Shown: piece after piece, positions 42,203 to 53,883 of the stretch
How the letters are laid out: the number at the start of each line of letters is the position of its first letter
How positions within the stretch are numbered: position 1 is the stretch's first letter
Source of the DNA: an uncultured delta proteobacterium
GTDB taxonomy: Bacteria; Desulfobacterota; Binatia; Binatales; Binataceae
Direction of reading: 5' to 3'
Assembly (NCBI GenBank): GCA_963842085.1
Contig: CAWJET010000001.1
Coordinates: 576,001-640,000, forward strand
Length of the DNA stretch: 64,000 nucleotides
Made by a program: the position numbers and the translations under genes
Notes under the pieces: generated by a model
Told to the model about the DNA's origin: nothing
Seen by the model: only the letters and a program-made list of their open reading frames with translations
The model's database searches: none

Positions 42203-43374
42203 GCTACATGACCGACGAGCGGCGGATGATCCAGAATGCGGCGCGCGATTTCGCGATGAACGAGGTGCTGCCAGTCGCGAACAAACTCGACCCCGAGCAA
42301 GGCGACATCCCGATGGCGCTGCGAGACAAGCTGGCAGAGATGGGCTACTTCGGCGTCGTCATCCCGGAGGAGTACGGCGGCCTTGGCCTCGGCGCGTTCG
42401 AATACGTGTTGATCACCGAGGAGCTCGCGCGCGCGTGGATGAGCGTCGCGAGCATAATCGCGCGCGGCAACGGACTCGGCGGCGGCTTCACGGCGGCGCA
42501 ACGGCGCGAGTACCTGCCGCGGATGGCGCGCGGAGAATTTCTCGGCGCGGCGGCGTTGTCGGAGCCGGATGCGGGCTCCGATCTCGCCAACGTCTCGTGC
42601 AAAGCGACGCGTGACGGCGACGGCTGGATGCTCAACGGCACCAAGACCTGGTGCACGTTTGCCGACGGCGCGGATTTCATCTCGGTGCTGGCGCGCACCA
42701 GGCAGCCGTCCGATCCGCGCCGCCGCCACGAAGGCATCAGCCAGTTCCTGGTCCTCAAGGAGCGCGGCAAGTTTCCGCCGGGGCTGACGGGCTCGCCGAT
42801 TCGCAAGATCGGTTACTTCGGCTGGAAGACGTGGGAGCTGCACTTCGACAACTTCAAACTGCCGGCCGACGCGCTGCTCGGCCGCGAGCGCGAGGACCGC
42901 GGCGAGGGCAAGGGATTCTACGGTGCGGTCAGCGGGCTCGAGGTGGCGCGCGTGCATACTGCGGCGCGTGCGATCGGACTTGCGCGCGGCGGCCTCGAAG
43001 ACTCGTTGGCATACGCGCAGAAGCGGGTGGCGTTCGGCCAGCCGATCGGAGAATTCCAGGCGATTCGGTTCAAGCTGGCTGAGATGGCGACCGAAATCGA
43101 AGCGGCGCGTCAGCTTACCTACTTCGTCGCCACCGAAGTTGACAGCAAGCGGCGCTGCGATAAGGAAGCGTCGATGGCGAAGCTGTTCGCCTCCGAGATG
43201 GCCGAGCGCGTCACCAGCCAGGCGATTCAGATTCACGGCGGGTACGGCTACACCAAGGACTTTCCGCTCGAGCGCTACTGGCGCGACGCACGACTAACCA
43301 AGATTTTCGAGGGCACTTCCGAAATCCAATTGCGGATCATTTCCGATCGCCTGCTGCCGAGAGTGAGAAAGTGA
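42199..43374 (+). CDS. Acyl-CoA dehydrogenase
   Basis: LSEPDAGSD, NGTKTW, QIHGGYG and IFEGTSEIQ. Confidence 0.93.
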   Translation: MSYMTDERRMIQNAARDFAMNEVLPVANKLDPEQGDIPMALRDKLAEMGYFGVVIPEEYGGLGLGAFEYVLITEELARAWMSVASIIARGNGLGGGFTAAQRREYLPRMARGEFLGAAALSEPDAGSDLANVSCKATRDGDGWMLNGTKTWCTFADGADFISVLARTRQPSDPRRRHEGISQFLVLKERGKFPPGLTGSPIRKIGYFGWKTWELHFDNFKLPADALLGREREDRGEGKGFYGAVSGLEVARVHTAARAIGLARGGLEDSLAYAQKRVAFGQPIGEFQAIRFKLAEMATEIEAARQLTYFVATEVDSKRRCDKEASMAKLFASEMAERVTSQAIQIHGGYGYTKDFPLERYWRDARLTKIFEGTSEIQLRIISDRLLPRVRK

Positions 43375-43856
43375 GTACGTCAATCTCGAAACTGACCGGC
43401 GCGGGAAATTACTTCGAAGACTTCGAGGTCGGCGCGAAAATGCGCCACGCACGCGGCACCACCATCGGCGAAATCGAAAATCAGATGCTCACGAAGCTCG
43501 TGCTGAACACCGCCGACGGCCACTACAACGAGCATCGCATGCGCTCGACGCAATTCGGCCAGCGCCTCGTCTTCGGCCTCGTGACCGGCTCGGTATGCAT
43601 CGGGTTGGCGACGCAGGACACCGGCGAAAATGCGCTCGCCGAGCTGGGCCTGACGGGAATCAGATTCACTGCGCCGGTCTTTCACGGCGACACGCTCTAT
43701 GCCTACAGCGAGGTGCTCGAAAAGCGCGACGCCGATCGCGACGACGCCGGCATCGTGCGCTTCAAGCATTGGGGAACCAAGCACGACGGGACCATCGTCT
43801 TCGAGGGCGAGCGCACGGTGCTGGTCAAGCGCCGCTCGCATTGGGGCGATCGATGA
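43371..43856 (+). CDS. MaoC-family dehydratase
   Basis: YFEDFEVG and PVFHGDTL. Confidence 0.88.
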   Translation: MSTSISKLTGAGNYFEDFEVGAKMRHARGTTIGEIENQMLTKLVLNTADGHYNEHRMRSTQFGQRLVFGLVTGSVCIGLATQDTGENALAELGLTGIRFTAPVFHGDTLYAYSEVLEKRDADRDDAGIVRFKHWGTKHDGTIVFEGERTVLVKRRSHWGDR

Positions 43857-45052
43857 GCGCGCGCACGGGACCGCTCACCGACGTTCGCGTGCTCGATCTG
43901 ACGCAGGCGCTCGCCGGGCCGTACTGCACGATGCTGCTGGCGGACCTTGGCGCCGACGTTATCAAGGTCGAGCCGCCCGCCGGGGACATGAGCAGGAGCA
44001 TCGGACCGCATCCAGCGGATCGAAGAGGCTGCGATTACGGCGGTTACTTCGCCAGCGTCAATCGCAACAAGCGCAGTATCGTGCTCGACATCAAGACCGA
44101 CGCGGGCCGCGACGCGTTTTTCAGGCTCGTGCAGACGGCGGATGCGGTTGTCGAGAATGCAAAGACTGGCGTGATGGATCGCGCGGGAATCGGCTACGAG
44201 CGGCTGCGCGAGATCAATCCTGCGCTGGTCTATGCCGCGATTCGCGGCTTCGGCGATCCCCGCACCGGCGCGAGCCCGTACGCGGACTGGCCCGCGTTCG
44301 ACATCGTTGCGCAGAGCATGGGCGGGCTGGTCGCGGTCACGGGTCCGCAGGGCGGTGGTGGCTATCGGGCTGGCCCGGCGGTCGGCGACATTTATCCCGG
44401 CACTCTCGCCGCGCTGGGAGTCGTGTCTGCCATTCACGCGGCACGCCGCACCGGGCAGGGACAATTCCTCGACGTCGCGATGTACGACGCGGTTCTCGCG
44501 CTGTGCGAGATGATCGTTTACAGCTACGGGAGCGGCGGCATCGTCCGGGAACCGGGTGGGAACGGGACGCCGGTGTTGTGTCCGTTCGATATTTTTCCGA
44601 CGCGCGACGGCGCCGTGGCGATCGCGGCGCCCGGCGAGAATCATTGGAAGATTCTGTGCGACGCGCTCGGTCGGCCCGAGCTTGTCACCGACGATCGTAC
44701 GCGCAACGTCAACCGGCGAGTCGCAAATGCGGAATTCGTGCGCGGCATTCTGACCGAATGGACGAAAGCGCGTAGTACGCGCGAAGTCGTCGACGCCATC
44801 GGCGGCAGAGTGCCGGTCGGCCCGGTCAATACCGCCAAGGATATTTTCGAGGATCCGCATCCGCGGGCGCGCGGCATGCTGGTCGAGGTCGAGCAGCCGG
44901 GCGACAACCCGCCGATTGTGCTCGCGGGATGTCCGATCAAGCTGACGGGTACGCCGTCGAGAATTTACGCGCGCGCGCCGCGGCTGGGCGAGCATACCGA
45001 GCAGGTGCTGGCTGATGCGGGAATTTCAATCGCGCGCAAGGAGCTATCATGA
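43853..45052 (+). CDS. Family III CoA transferase
   Basis: RVLDLTQALAGP and NRNKRS. Confidence 0.92.
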   Translation: MSARTGPLTDVRVLDLTQALAGPYCTMLLADLGADVIKVEPPAGDMSRSIGPHPADRRGCDYGGYFASVNRNKRSIVLDIKTDAGRDAFFRLVQTADAVVENAKTGVMDRAGIGYERLREINPALVYAAIRGFGDPRTGASPYADWPAFDIVAQSMGGLVAVTGPQGGGGYRAGPAVGDIYPGTLAALGVVSAIHAARRTGQGQFLDVAMYDAVLALCEMIVYSYGSGGIVREPGGNGTPVLCPFDIFPTRDGAVAIAAPGENHWKILCDALGRPELVTDDRTRNVNRRVANAEFVRGILTEWTKARSTREVVDAIGGRVPVGPVNTAKDIFEDPHPRARGMLVEVEQPGDNPPIVLAGCPIKLTGTPSRIYARAPRLGEHTEQVLADAGISIARKELS

Positions 45053-45957
45053 CGCTTCGACTAAGACGTTCAGAACTTTCGACGCCGGCTTCGAGTCCAA
45101 AGATGATCGAGAAGGCGATGGGTACGCCGGCCGACATGGTTTTTCTCGATCTCGAAGACGCGGTCGCGCCGGCGCAAAAAGAAGCGGCGCGCAAGAACGC
45201 CGTCGACGCGCTGCGCAACCTCGATTGGGGCAACAAGGTTCGCGCCGTGCGCGTCAACGGCGCCGACACGCACTGGGCGCACGACGATGTGATCGAAGTG
45301 GTCGAGGGCGCGGGCGACAAGCTCGACGTAATCATCGTGCCGAAGCCGAAGGCGCCGCGCGACATCTGGTTTTTCGACACGCTACTGACGCAGCTCGAGA
45401 CCAAACTCAATCTCAAAAACAAGATCGGTCTCGAGGCGCTGATCGAGGAGAGCGCGGCGCTGGCGCGGGTCGAGGAAATTGCCGCGGCGTCGCCGCGGCT
45501 CGAGGCGCTGATCCTCGGCTTCGGCGATCTGTCGGCCAGCCAGGGCATGCGCTTTGGCGTCGCGAGCGATCCGGCGAATCGGTATCCCGGAGACATGTGG
45601 CATCATGCGCGCGTGCGGATGATCACCGCGTGTCGCGCCAACGGCATCGACGCGATCGACGGACCCTTCGGCAACTTCAGGGATCCTGACGGCTACCGGC
45701 GCGAGGCGACGTGGGCGGCAACGCTCGGCGCGGTCGGCAAATGGGCGATACACCCGAGCCAGATCGAAATCGCCAACGACGTGTTCGCGCCGACGCCGCA
45801 CGAAATCGAGAACGCGCGCAAAATGTCCGAGGCCTACCAGGCCGCGACGCGCGACGGCGCGGGCGCCGCAGGCGCGGGCGGGATGCTCGTGGACGCGGTC
45901 GCGGTGCGGATTTTTGAAGGCGTGCTCGAACGCGCGCGGCTCACTGGCCGCGCATAA
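45049..45957 (+). CDS. CitE / malyl-CoA lyase family
   Basis: RRSELSTP, DLEDAV, GFGDL, IDGP and KWAIHPSQ. Confidence 0.9.
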   Translation: MTLRLRRSELSTPASSPKMIEKAMGTPADMVFLDLEDAVAPAQKEAARKNAVDALRNLDWGNKVRAVRVNGADTHWAHDDVIEVVEGAGDKLDVIIVPKPKAPRDIWFFDTLLTQLETKLNLKNKIGLEALIEESAALARVEEIAAASPRLEALILGFGDLSASQGMRFGVASDPANRYPGDMWHHARVRMITACRANGIDAIDGPFGNFRDPDGYRREATWAATLGAVGKWAIHPSQIEIANDVFAPTPHEIENARKMSEAYQAATRDGAGAAGAGGMLVDAVAVRIFEGVLERARLTGRA

Positions 45958-46039
45958 CAGTCACGCCTATGCGGCGCGCGCCAAGGGGATACCGGAGTCG
46001 ATCTGCGCTAAGCGTGAGGTCTAAAGGAGGACAACTACT

Positions 46040-47307
46040 ATGGGACGGATCTTCTTTCGTCGCGCGAATTTGATCGACGGCCGTAACGCGCCGAAGAAAA
46101 ACGCGACCGTCGTGGTCGAAGACGATCGCATCACCGCGGTAGCAACCAACGGCGACGCGCCCAAACCCTCCGCCAACGACGTGGTCTACGACCTTGCCGG
46201 CCGCTCGCTGATGCCGGGGATGGTGCAGTGCCACTATCATGGCGCCTACGCCGACTGCGAGCACATCGAAGATATCGACTTGAGGTATCCGGCGACGATG
46301 CTCGCGTTGATCGCCGCGAAAAACGCCGAGTTGCTGCTGCGCAGCGGCTTCACCGGCGCCGTGGGTGCAGGCACGCTGCACAACATCGACGCCACGCTCA
46401 AACGTGCGATCGATGAGGGCATTATACTGGGGCCGCGTCTCCTGCCGTGCGGACGTGAGTTCATTACCACCGGCGACTCGCCCGATGTCCATCCGAGCTG
46501 GTGGAAATTGCAGATGGAGGGAGGCATTCCGATCTGTGACGGTCCCGACGCGTTCCGCAAGGCGGTGCGCAGCGAAATCAAGGATGGCGCCGAAATCATC
46601 AAGCTTAATGTGACCGGCGGCCATGGGTTCGCCTTTCCCGCCGAGATGATGATGGTAACTCCCGAGGAGATGAAAGCCGCCGCTGATACCGCGCACGGAC
46701 GCGGCAAGAAATCCGCGGGCACATCGTTTCCAAGCGGGGCATCATGGCCGCGCTCGACCTGAGGTTCGACCTCATCGATCACGCCGATCAAATGGACGAC
46801 GAGTGCATCGAGCGCCTGGTCAAGCAGGGAACTTTTGTCACCCCGAGCCTCTACTTCACCTACGCGATGGCAGAGGAGCACCGGTGCAGCGGCAAGACCG
46901 AGTATTTTAACGACGAGATGAAACGCGGGCTCGAATACTCGTACAAGATGATCCCCAGGGCGCATGCGGCGGGCGTCAAGCTGGTCATCGGCGACGATTT
47001 TGGCATCGCCGGGCTGATGCATGGCGACTATGCGAAGGAGCTCGAGGCCTACGTGAAGGGCGCGGGAATTCCAGCCCTCGACGTGATCGGCTGGGCGACT
47101 CGCAACGGCGCCGAGATGCTCGGCATGAAAGACGACCTCGGAACTATCGAAGCGGGCAAGCTCGCTGACCTGCTGGTCGTTAACGGCGACCCGGTGCGCG
47201 ACATTAGGGTGCTGCAGGATCGCACGAATCTCGACGTGATAATGAAGGGCGGAAAGTTCGTCGAGTGCCAGCTCACGCCGGGCAAAGCAGTCGCCAAATC
47301 CGCCTAG
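46040..47307 (+). pseudogene. Metal-dependent amidohydrolase (prolidase-like), frameshift near 46710
   Basis: MPGMVQCHYH at the N-terminus. Adding one A in GGCAAGAAATCCGC gives GKKIRGH and joins the IDHAD...GKLADL part. Confidence 0.8.
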
Positions 47308-47313
47308 TCCTGC

Positions 47314-47370
47314 TTCGACACCGGCGATTTGAAGGACGCCAAAGCGCTGCTCGATGAGCCGGCGGCATGA
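47314..47370 (+). pseudogene. Remnant encoding FDTGDLKDAKALLDE
   Basis: Translates to the conserved C-terminus of adenylate cyclase/AAA-ATPase/TPR proteins (GFDTADLKDAKALLDEL). Confidence 0.55.
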
Positions 47371-47409
47371 GGAGTTCAGAATCAATCGCTTTCTTGAGGA
47401 GTAGCCGAG

Positions 47410-47739
47410 ATGGTTTATGAGCTGCGCGTTTACCACTGTGTCCCGGGACGCATGCCCGCAATCCTTAAGCGCTTCGATACCGTCACCTGCCGGTTGTTCG
47501 AGAAGCACGGCATCAAGCAGGTCGGCTTCTGGACGGTCGCGATAGGTGAGTCGAATTCCGACCTGGTTTACATGCTGCAATGGGAATCGTTGGGCGATCG
47601 CGACAAGAAGTTCGCCGCCTTTGCCGCCGATCCCGAATGGATCGAGGCGCGCGCGAAGTCCGAAGCGGACGGCGGCCCGATCGTCGCCTCGATCACCAAC
47701 AGCATTCTGATGCCGACCTCGTTTTCCGCACTCAAGTAA
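47410..47739 (+). CDS. NIPSNAP family protein
   Basis: YELRVYH..PG, GFWT and FAADPEW. Confidence 0.9.
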   Translation: MVYELRVYHCVPGRMPAILKRFDTVTCRLFEKHGIKQVGFWTVAIGESNSDLVYMLQWESLGDRDKKFAAFAADPEWIEARAKSEADGGPIVASITNSILMPTSFSALK

Positions 47740-47777
47740 GCGCGCGTTGAGGTCCGCGGCGCCTCAACAACTCCTCG

Positions 47778-47839
47778 GAGGGGTTAGACACCGCCGACCT
47801 GAAGGACGCCAGGTGCCACTCGACGAGCTAAACGCCTAG
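47778..47839 (+). pseudogene. Second remnant EGLDTADLKDA...LDELNA*
   Basis: Degenerate copy of 47314-47370. Confidence 0.5.
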
Positions 47840-48978
47840 CTGATCGCGCCGCATTTGCGGAGCGTCTCCAGATCCGAATTGGCGAAGCCCCAGTCGCGCA
47901 ATGCTTCTTCCGTATGTTCGCCCGCGCGCGCCGGCGGGCGTTGAATAGCGCTCGGCGTGCGGGAGAATCGCGGCGCCGGTCCCGGCTGCGTTACGCCACC
48001 ATCCTCGACGAAAGTTCCGCGATGCTTGTTGTGCGGATGCTTGGGCGCTTCTTCCATGCTAAGCACCGGCGCGAAGCAAATGTCGCTGCCTTCCATGATC
48101 TTGCACCACTCGTCGCGCGTCCTGGTGCGGAACAGAGTCTTCAACCGCTCCTTCATCTTGGGCCACGACTTGCGATCCTGCTGATGCGGCAGCTCCTCGC
48201 CCTGGAGTCCCGACAGCCGGATCAACTCCGCGTAGAACTTCGCCTCGATCGATCCGATCGCGACGTACTTGCCGTCGCTCGTTTGGTAAACGTCGTAGTA
48301 ATGTGCGCCAGTGTCGAGGATGTTGTCGCCGCGCTCGTTGTTCCAGAACCCCGAGCCGTGCATGCCGTAAATCGCGGTCATCAGCGACGCTGCTCCATCG
48401 ACCATCGCCGCATCTACCACCTGCCCCTTGCCGGACTTCTGCGCTTCGAGCAGTCCCGCGACCACTCCCAGAGCCAAGTAGAGCGCGCCGCCGCCGAAAT
48501 CGCCAACCAGGTTCAGCGGTGGTACCGGCGCCTCGCCCTTGCGACCGATGCTGTGCAGCGCACCCGACAGCGCGATGTAGTTGATGTCGTGGCCGGCGGC
48601 ATGCGCGAGCGGTCCTTCTTGACCCCATCCGGTCATGCGCCCGTAGATGAGGCGCGGGTTGCGCTTGAGGCAATCGTCGGGGCCAAGGCCAAGCCGCTCG
48701 GTCACGCCAGGACGGTAACCTTCGATCAACGCGTCGGCTTTCTCGACCAGCCGCAACACGGCCTCGATCGCTTCGGGCCGTTTGAGGTCGAACGCGACCG
48801 AGCGCCGGCCGCGATTGAGCAGGCTGTATTTCGGATCCATCGCGATTCCCAACCCCGCTTCGGCCGCGCGATCGATTCGCAGCACATCGGCGCCCATGTC
48901 CGACAGCAGCATCGCACACATGGGACCGGGGCCGATCCCGGCCAGTTCGATGACGCGATAACCTGACAGCACTCCCAT
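47836..48978 (-). CDS. Alpha-methylacyl-CoA racemase-like CaiB/BaiF protein
   Basis: ELAGIGPGP, GHDINY and NLVGDFGGG. Confidence 0.92.
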   Translation of the reverse strand: MGVLSGYRVIELAGIGPGPMCAMLLSDMGADVLRIDRAAEAGLGIAMDPKYSLLNRGRRSVAFDLKRPEAIEAVLRLVEKADALIEGYRPGVTERLGLGPDDCLKRNPRLIYGRMTGWGQEGPLAHAAGHDINYIALSGALHSIGRKGEAPVPPLNLVGDFGGGALYLALGVVAGLLEAQKSGKGQVVDAAMVDGAASLMTAIYGMHGSGFWNNERGDNILDTGAHYYDVYQTSDGKYVAIGSIEAKFYAELIRLSGLQGEELPHQQDRKSWPKMKERLKTLFRTRTRDEWCKIMEGSDICFAPVLSMEEAPKHPHNKHRGTFVEDGGVTQPGPAPRFSRTPSAIQRPPARAGEHTEEALRDWGFANSDLETLRKCGAIS

Positions 48979-49044
48979 GATCCTCACCTCAATGCCGGTG
49001 CGACGGCGCACGACCTTGCAAACCTTATTCGATCCGGTCGCAGT

Positions 49045-49650
49045 CTATTTCAGCCCACGGACCTTTTTGTTGGCTTCACGCCCGAGACATTTTTGCAGCC
49101 ACGCCGCAACGTTCGGCCACGACGACAAGTCGAGCTTCATCATCGGTATCCAGCTCATGACCGCGGCCACGTTCAGGTCCGCGATCGTGAAATTCCTGCC
49201 GAGCAGGTATTCCTTGCCCTTGAGCGCTTCCTCGAGCGCGTTCAGTGGCGCCTTCAAAGCTTCGACCGCAGCTTGCGCGGCCTTTTCGTCGCGTTGCTCG
49301 GGGGGATTCATCACCCGGTTGCGCAAAATGGTGATGAGATGCGGCTCGACTTCGGTCATCGCCCAGAAGCTCCACTTGTAGATTTCGGCGTGCGCGGCGG
49401 GCTCCGGCGGCCACAGTAAATTTTTGCCGTACTTTTCAGCGAGATAGAGATTGATCGCCATCGACTCCCAGACCACGGCGCCGTCGTCTTCGAGCACCGG
49501 CACGTGCCCGTTGGGATTGAGTTTGAGATGCGCGGGCGACTTGGCCTCGGTCGTCGGCATCGGATTGTGCTCGTACTTGACGCCGAGCTCTTCGAGCGCC
49601 CACAAGGACCGGGCGCTGCGCGATCTTGAAGTTCCGTGAAGTTTTGTCAT
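49045..49650 (-). CDS. Glutathione S-transferase
   Basis: LNPNGHVP, WESMAI and FTIADL. Confidence 0.92.
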   Translation of the reverse strand: MTKLHGTSRSRSARSLWALEELGVKYEHNPMPTTEAKSPAHLKLNPNGHVPVLEDDGAVVWESMAINLYLAEKYGKNLLWPPEPAAHAEIYKWSFWAMTEVEPHLITILRNRVMNPPEQRDEKAAQAAVEALKAPLNALEEALKGKEYLLGRNFTIADLNVAAVMSWIPMMKLDLSSWPNVAAWLQKCLGREANKKVRGLK

Positions 49651-49925
49651 GGTGCTTCCTCCGATGCTCGCATCTTACTACCAGCCATCAGGTTCCTTAC
49701 AAGCGGCAGGGGGTGACTCCTGCGCCCAATGTTAAGAAGGTCGGCACCGCTGCGGTGAGCGGGCTTAGCCTTGTGAGAACTCGCCGCCTTACTGTGCGCG
49801 CTCGACGGACGGGCGGGCCGTGGCGAATTCGCGATGGATTTGCGCAAGACTTAATTCCTGAGCAAAAAGACCAGATTGCTGCTACAGAGAATCAATGATC
49901 CCTCTTGTCCGCGCCGCACGCCGGC

Positions 49926-52289
49926 TCAGGGCTTTAATCCGAACACGGCCACGCTGCTGGGGGTGCCCACGTAGACTTTGCCATTGGCGATCGTCGGCGT
50001 GATGAACTTATTGTCCGTAAAACTGTCGGCCGGCACCGTACTGCTATTGTAAAGCTCGGTGGCCAGGTTCGTCGCGTCGTAGGCGTGCAGAACTCCAGCC
50101 GACCCGTTAGCCTGCACCGCCCACACGATTGCGTTGCTCGTCCCGTTGGCCGAAATGCTCGGCGACGTTCCCGGATAGCCGTAGGTCTCGCTGCTGCTCG
50201 ACGACGGCGTCGCCACCAGCCTGGCCTGCGAAAACGCGAACGCCTGAAGTGGTTCACTCACGCCGCCATAGTAAAGAGTGCCGTTGAAGTACGCCGGCAT
50301 CGCCCATTCGCCATTGTCCAATGCGCCGGCCAGCACCTGGTAAGCGTTGGTATTATTATTGGAGTTGAACTTGCCCATGTTGTCGCGGTCGACGAGATAG
50401 ATGTTCGTGTCCTTGCCGGCGCCAACCGCAAGATGCCTGGTGGTGCCCGTCGAGTCGGTCATGTCGGGCAGCACCATCGCTCCGCCCGAACCTAAATCCG
50501 TATCGCCGTTCGACTCGCTGACCGTGTTGTAGGCCTCGAAGTAATCGGCGACCTGCAATCCGCTCGAGTTGGACAGTTTCAGGAGGCCGTTGCCGAAGTC
50601 TCCCTTATTGGGAAATCCTCCGACCAGAGTCGTGTCGAAAGTCCCGTTACCGTCAAGAAGGTAGATGTTGCCCAGGCTGTCGGCGGCCAGTCCCCCGCCG
50701 GCCTGCCAAATCGCGCCTTCACTGCCGTTGGGCGTGACATCGAGAACGGAAGTCTGCGCCAAAGTGGTCTGATCATAGGCCATGATCCAGCCGTTGTAAG
50801 GCTGGATGTCGCAATGCGATGCCCACGCGGTGATCAATTGGCCATTGAGCAGTAGCAGTCCCGCCCGTTCCTTGTACTGTTTCGGACTGAAAGCAGGACC
50901 GGGGGCAAACGTCGCGGTGACCGTTACCGGACCGCCGAACTCTTCGGCTCCAGTCGTCATGTCCAGCGCGTGGATGCGCTGGAAGTAGGCGCCCGACGTC
51001 GTATTCTTGGACATCGCGACCACGTAGATAATGCCGTTGGGACCCGCAGAGGGATCGATCACGGGCGTGGATGTGATACCGATCTCGGGCGTCACTTGGC
51101 TGCATCCTCGGTCATCCGAGGCAACCTCGCCCGACCCAAGCACCGACACGTGCCACAGCGGCGGGCCGGCGCTATCGGCGTCGAAGGCGTAAACGGTGTC
51201 ATTCTCGGTGACGACGTAGAGCACGTTGTGCGTGCCCTGGCCCGGGATACTCACCTGCGTCTTGATGAGCGGTTGCGCGTCCACCAATCCGTCAACCGAA
51301 TCCTGGAACAGTTGACCGAACGAAGTCTTGACGTTGCTGGTGGTGAGCGTTTGCTCGGTCAGATTTTGTCCGGTGCGCGCGTTGTCATTGTGATAGGTCA
51401 GTACGTCGGTCAGGACAGCGGCAGTCGAGGTCGCCGTGGGAGTCGGCGTCGCGGTCAAGCTCGCAGTTGAAGTAGCAGTCGCCGTCTGAGTTGCCGTCGC
51501 GGTTCGAGTTGCAGTCGCCGTTGCCGTCGCGGTTCGAGTCACTGTCGGTGTGGGCGTCGCGGTCGCTGTTGCCGTTGCCGTCGGCGTTGCGGTCGCGGTC
51601 GCGGAGGCGGTAGCAGTCGCGGTCACCGTAGCGGTTCGAGTCGCGGTTGCCGTAGGCGTGCTCGTAGGAGTCGCCGTTTCGGTAGCGGTCTTAGTTGCAG
51701 TTGCCGTGGCAGTTGCGGTCGCGGTTCGAGTCGCCGTTGCGGTGGGGGTGCGCGTTGGCGTAGCCGTCGGAGTCGGCCGCTTACGCTTTTTTGCCGAGCC
51801 TGTCAGTTTGACTGTGGCTGACCTAGCGCCCGCCGTCGCGTCGCTGCTAACTCTGATTTTCGCCGAGAAACTGCCCCCAGCGTCGGATGGCGCAAACGCC
51901 ACCGTGACGGTGGCATTTCCATGCGGCTGAATTAGAAACGCGCCCTGTCCCGACGCGATCTTGAAACAAGGGCTTCCGCTTGCGGGAGCGACGGTCACAG
52001 ATAGTGCGATCCCGCCGGTGTCCTCAACGATGAAGGACCTTGTCTCTGATACAGTCTGGCTGGAGAGATCGATCGTGTCTAAGGGGAGCGGATTTGGCGT
52101 CACCGCCAGCTTGCTCACATGCGCGCGGCTGCTGGCATCGCCGCTGGTCATCTGGGCATGCGCACTCGCCGCAACAAAGATCGCAGCCGCGATAAACGAC
52201 GCAATCGTCCATAGTGAGGATACCAACCGCAGCCGGCGCCGCACGATCGTCTCGAGCCCTCCCTCTCGAATGCGGTCCAAGCGGGCCAC
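49926..52289 (-). CDS. Secreted protein: Ig-like domain, T/A/P linker, PQQ-type beta-propeller (likely start GTG 52244)
   Basis: Signal peptide ...AASAHA; VTVAFAP; [22 protein letters not shown] and [11 protein letters not shown]. Confidence 0.85.
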   Translation of the reverse strand: MARLDRIREGGLETIVRRRLRLVSSLWTIASFIAAAIFVAASAHAQMTSGDASSRAHVSKLAVTPNPLPLDTIDLSSQTVSETRSFIVEDTGGIALSVTVAPASGSPCFKIASGQGAFLIQPHGNATVTVAFAPSDAGGSFSAKIRVSSDATAGARSATVKLTGSAKKRKRPTPTATPTRTPTATATRTATATATATATKTATETATPTSTPTATATRTATVTATATASATATATPTATATATATPTPTVTRTATATATATRTATATQTATATSTASLTATPTPTATSTAAVLTDVLTYHNDNARTGQNLTEQTLTTSNVKTSFGQLFQDSVDGLVDAQPLIKTQVSIPGQGTHNVLYVVTENDTVYAFDADSAGPPLWHVSVLGSGEVASDDRGCSQVTPEIGITSTPVIDPSAGPNGIIYVVAMSKNTTSGAYFQRIHALDMTTGAEEFGGPVTVTATFAPGPAFSPKQYKERAGLLLLNGQLITAWASHCDIQPYNGWIMAYDQTTLAQTSVLDVTPNGSEGAIWQAGGGLAADSLGNIYLLDGNGTFDTTLVGGFPNKGDFGNGLLKLSNSSGLQVADYFEAYNTVSESNGDTDLGSGGAMVLPDMTDSTGTTRHLAVGAGKDTNIYLVDRDNMGKFNSNNNTNAYQVLAGALDNGEWAMPAYFNGTLYYGGVSEPLQAFAFSQARLVATPSSSSSETYGYPGTSPSISANGTSNAIVWAVQANGSAGVLHAYDATNLATELYNSSTVPADSFTDNKFITPTIANGKVYVGTPSSVAVFGLKP
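51420..51775 (-). repeat. Low-complexity (TA/TP)n coding repeat
   Basis: [11 protein letters not shown]... linker. Confidence 0.85.
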
Positions 52290-52406
52290 TGAGAAAGTGA
52301 AGGCCCACCACCGCTACAACCAGACTCTAATTTTAGCAGTTCGTCGGCAGCGACAAAACTTGGCGATGAAACTATTTATGTGCTCGCCCCCCCACGCGCG
52401 CCGTGA

Positions 52407-53450
<1,044 letters not shown>

Positions 53451-53569
53451 CAGGTTGCGGAAAAACTCAATGAAAGACGATTTCGGCGAAGAGTAAGCAT
53501 TACTACGATCACGAGAATGCGTCTTGGATCAATGTCATCAGGAGTCAAAAACCCTTTTTCCGCAACCTG
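53451..53569. mobile_element. 119-bp MITE with IS5-type ends
   Basis: Perfect TIR CAGGTTGCGGAAAAA / TTTTTCCGCAACCTG; CTAG duplicated at 53447-53450 and 53570-53573. Confidence 0.88.
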
Positions 53570-53577
53570 CTAGGCAT

Positions 53578-53769
53578 CTATCCGAACAGCCCGGCGATCG
53601 TCGTCACAATCCACATGACGGCCATCGCGATGAAAAATGCGCATACCAACTCGCCGATCAGGCGATCGACGGCGACTTCCCATCCTGGTATTTCGGAGTC
53701 CTTCGCGTGATCGATGAAACCGACGGAATGGATTTCTGTCGCCCGCTTCCGATGAACCATCGTAGCCAT
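53578..53769 (-). CDS. Small membrane protein
   Basis: CAGGTG RBS-like site; a single C-terminal TM helix. Confidence 0.5.
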   Translation of the reverse strand: MATMVHRKRATEIHSVGFIDHAKDSEIPGWEVAVDRLIGELVCAFFIAMAVMWIVTTIAGLFG

Positions 53770-53883
53770 AAGTCACCTGCCTCGTTTGCCCGGTCTGAGC
53801 CGTCACAAACAAGGCGTGACAAGGGACTGAACGCTTCGTTCAACGGGATCGAACGACGCAAGTTTTAAAGTTTTGGCCGACGA

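Noticed and set aside
51420-51930. Tandem DNA repeat or Val/Ala-rich + strand ORF
   Set aside because: It is explained by the Thr/Ala/Pro linker of the minus-strand secreted protein.
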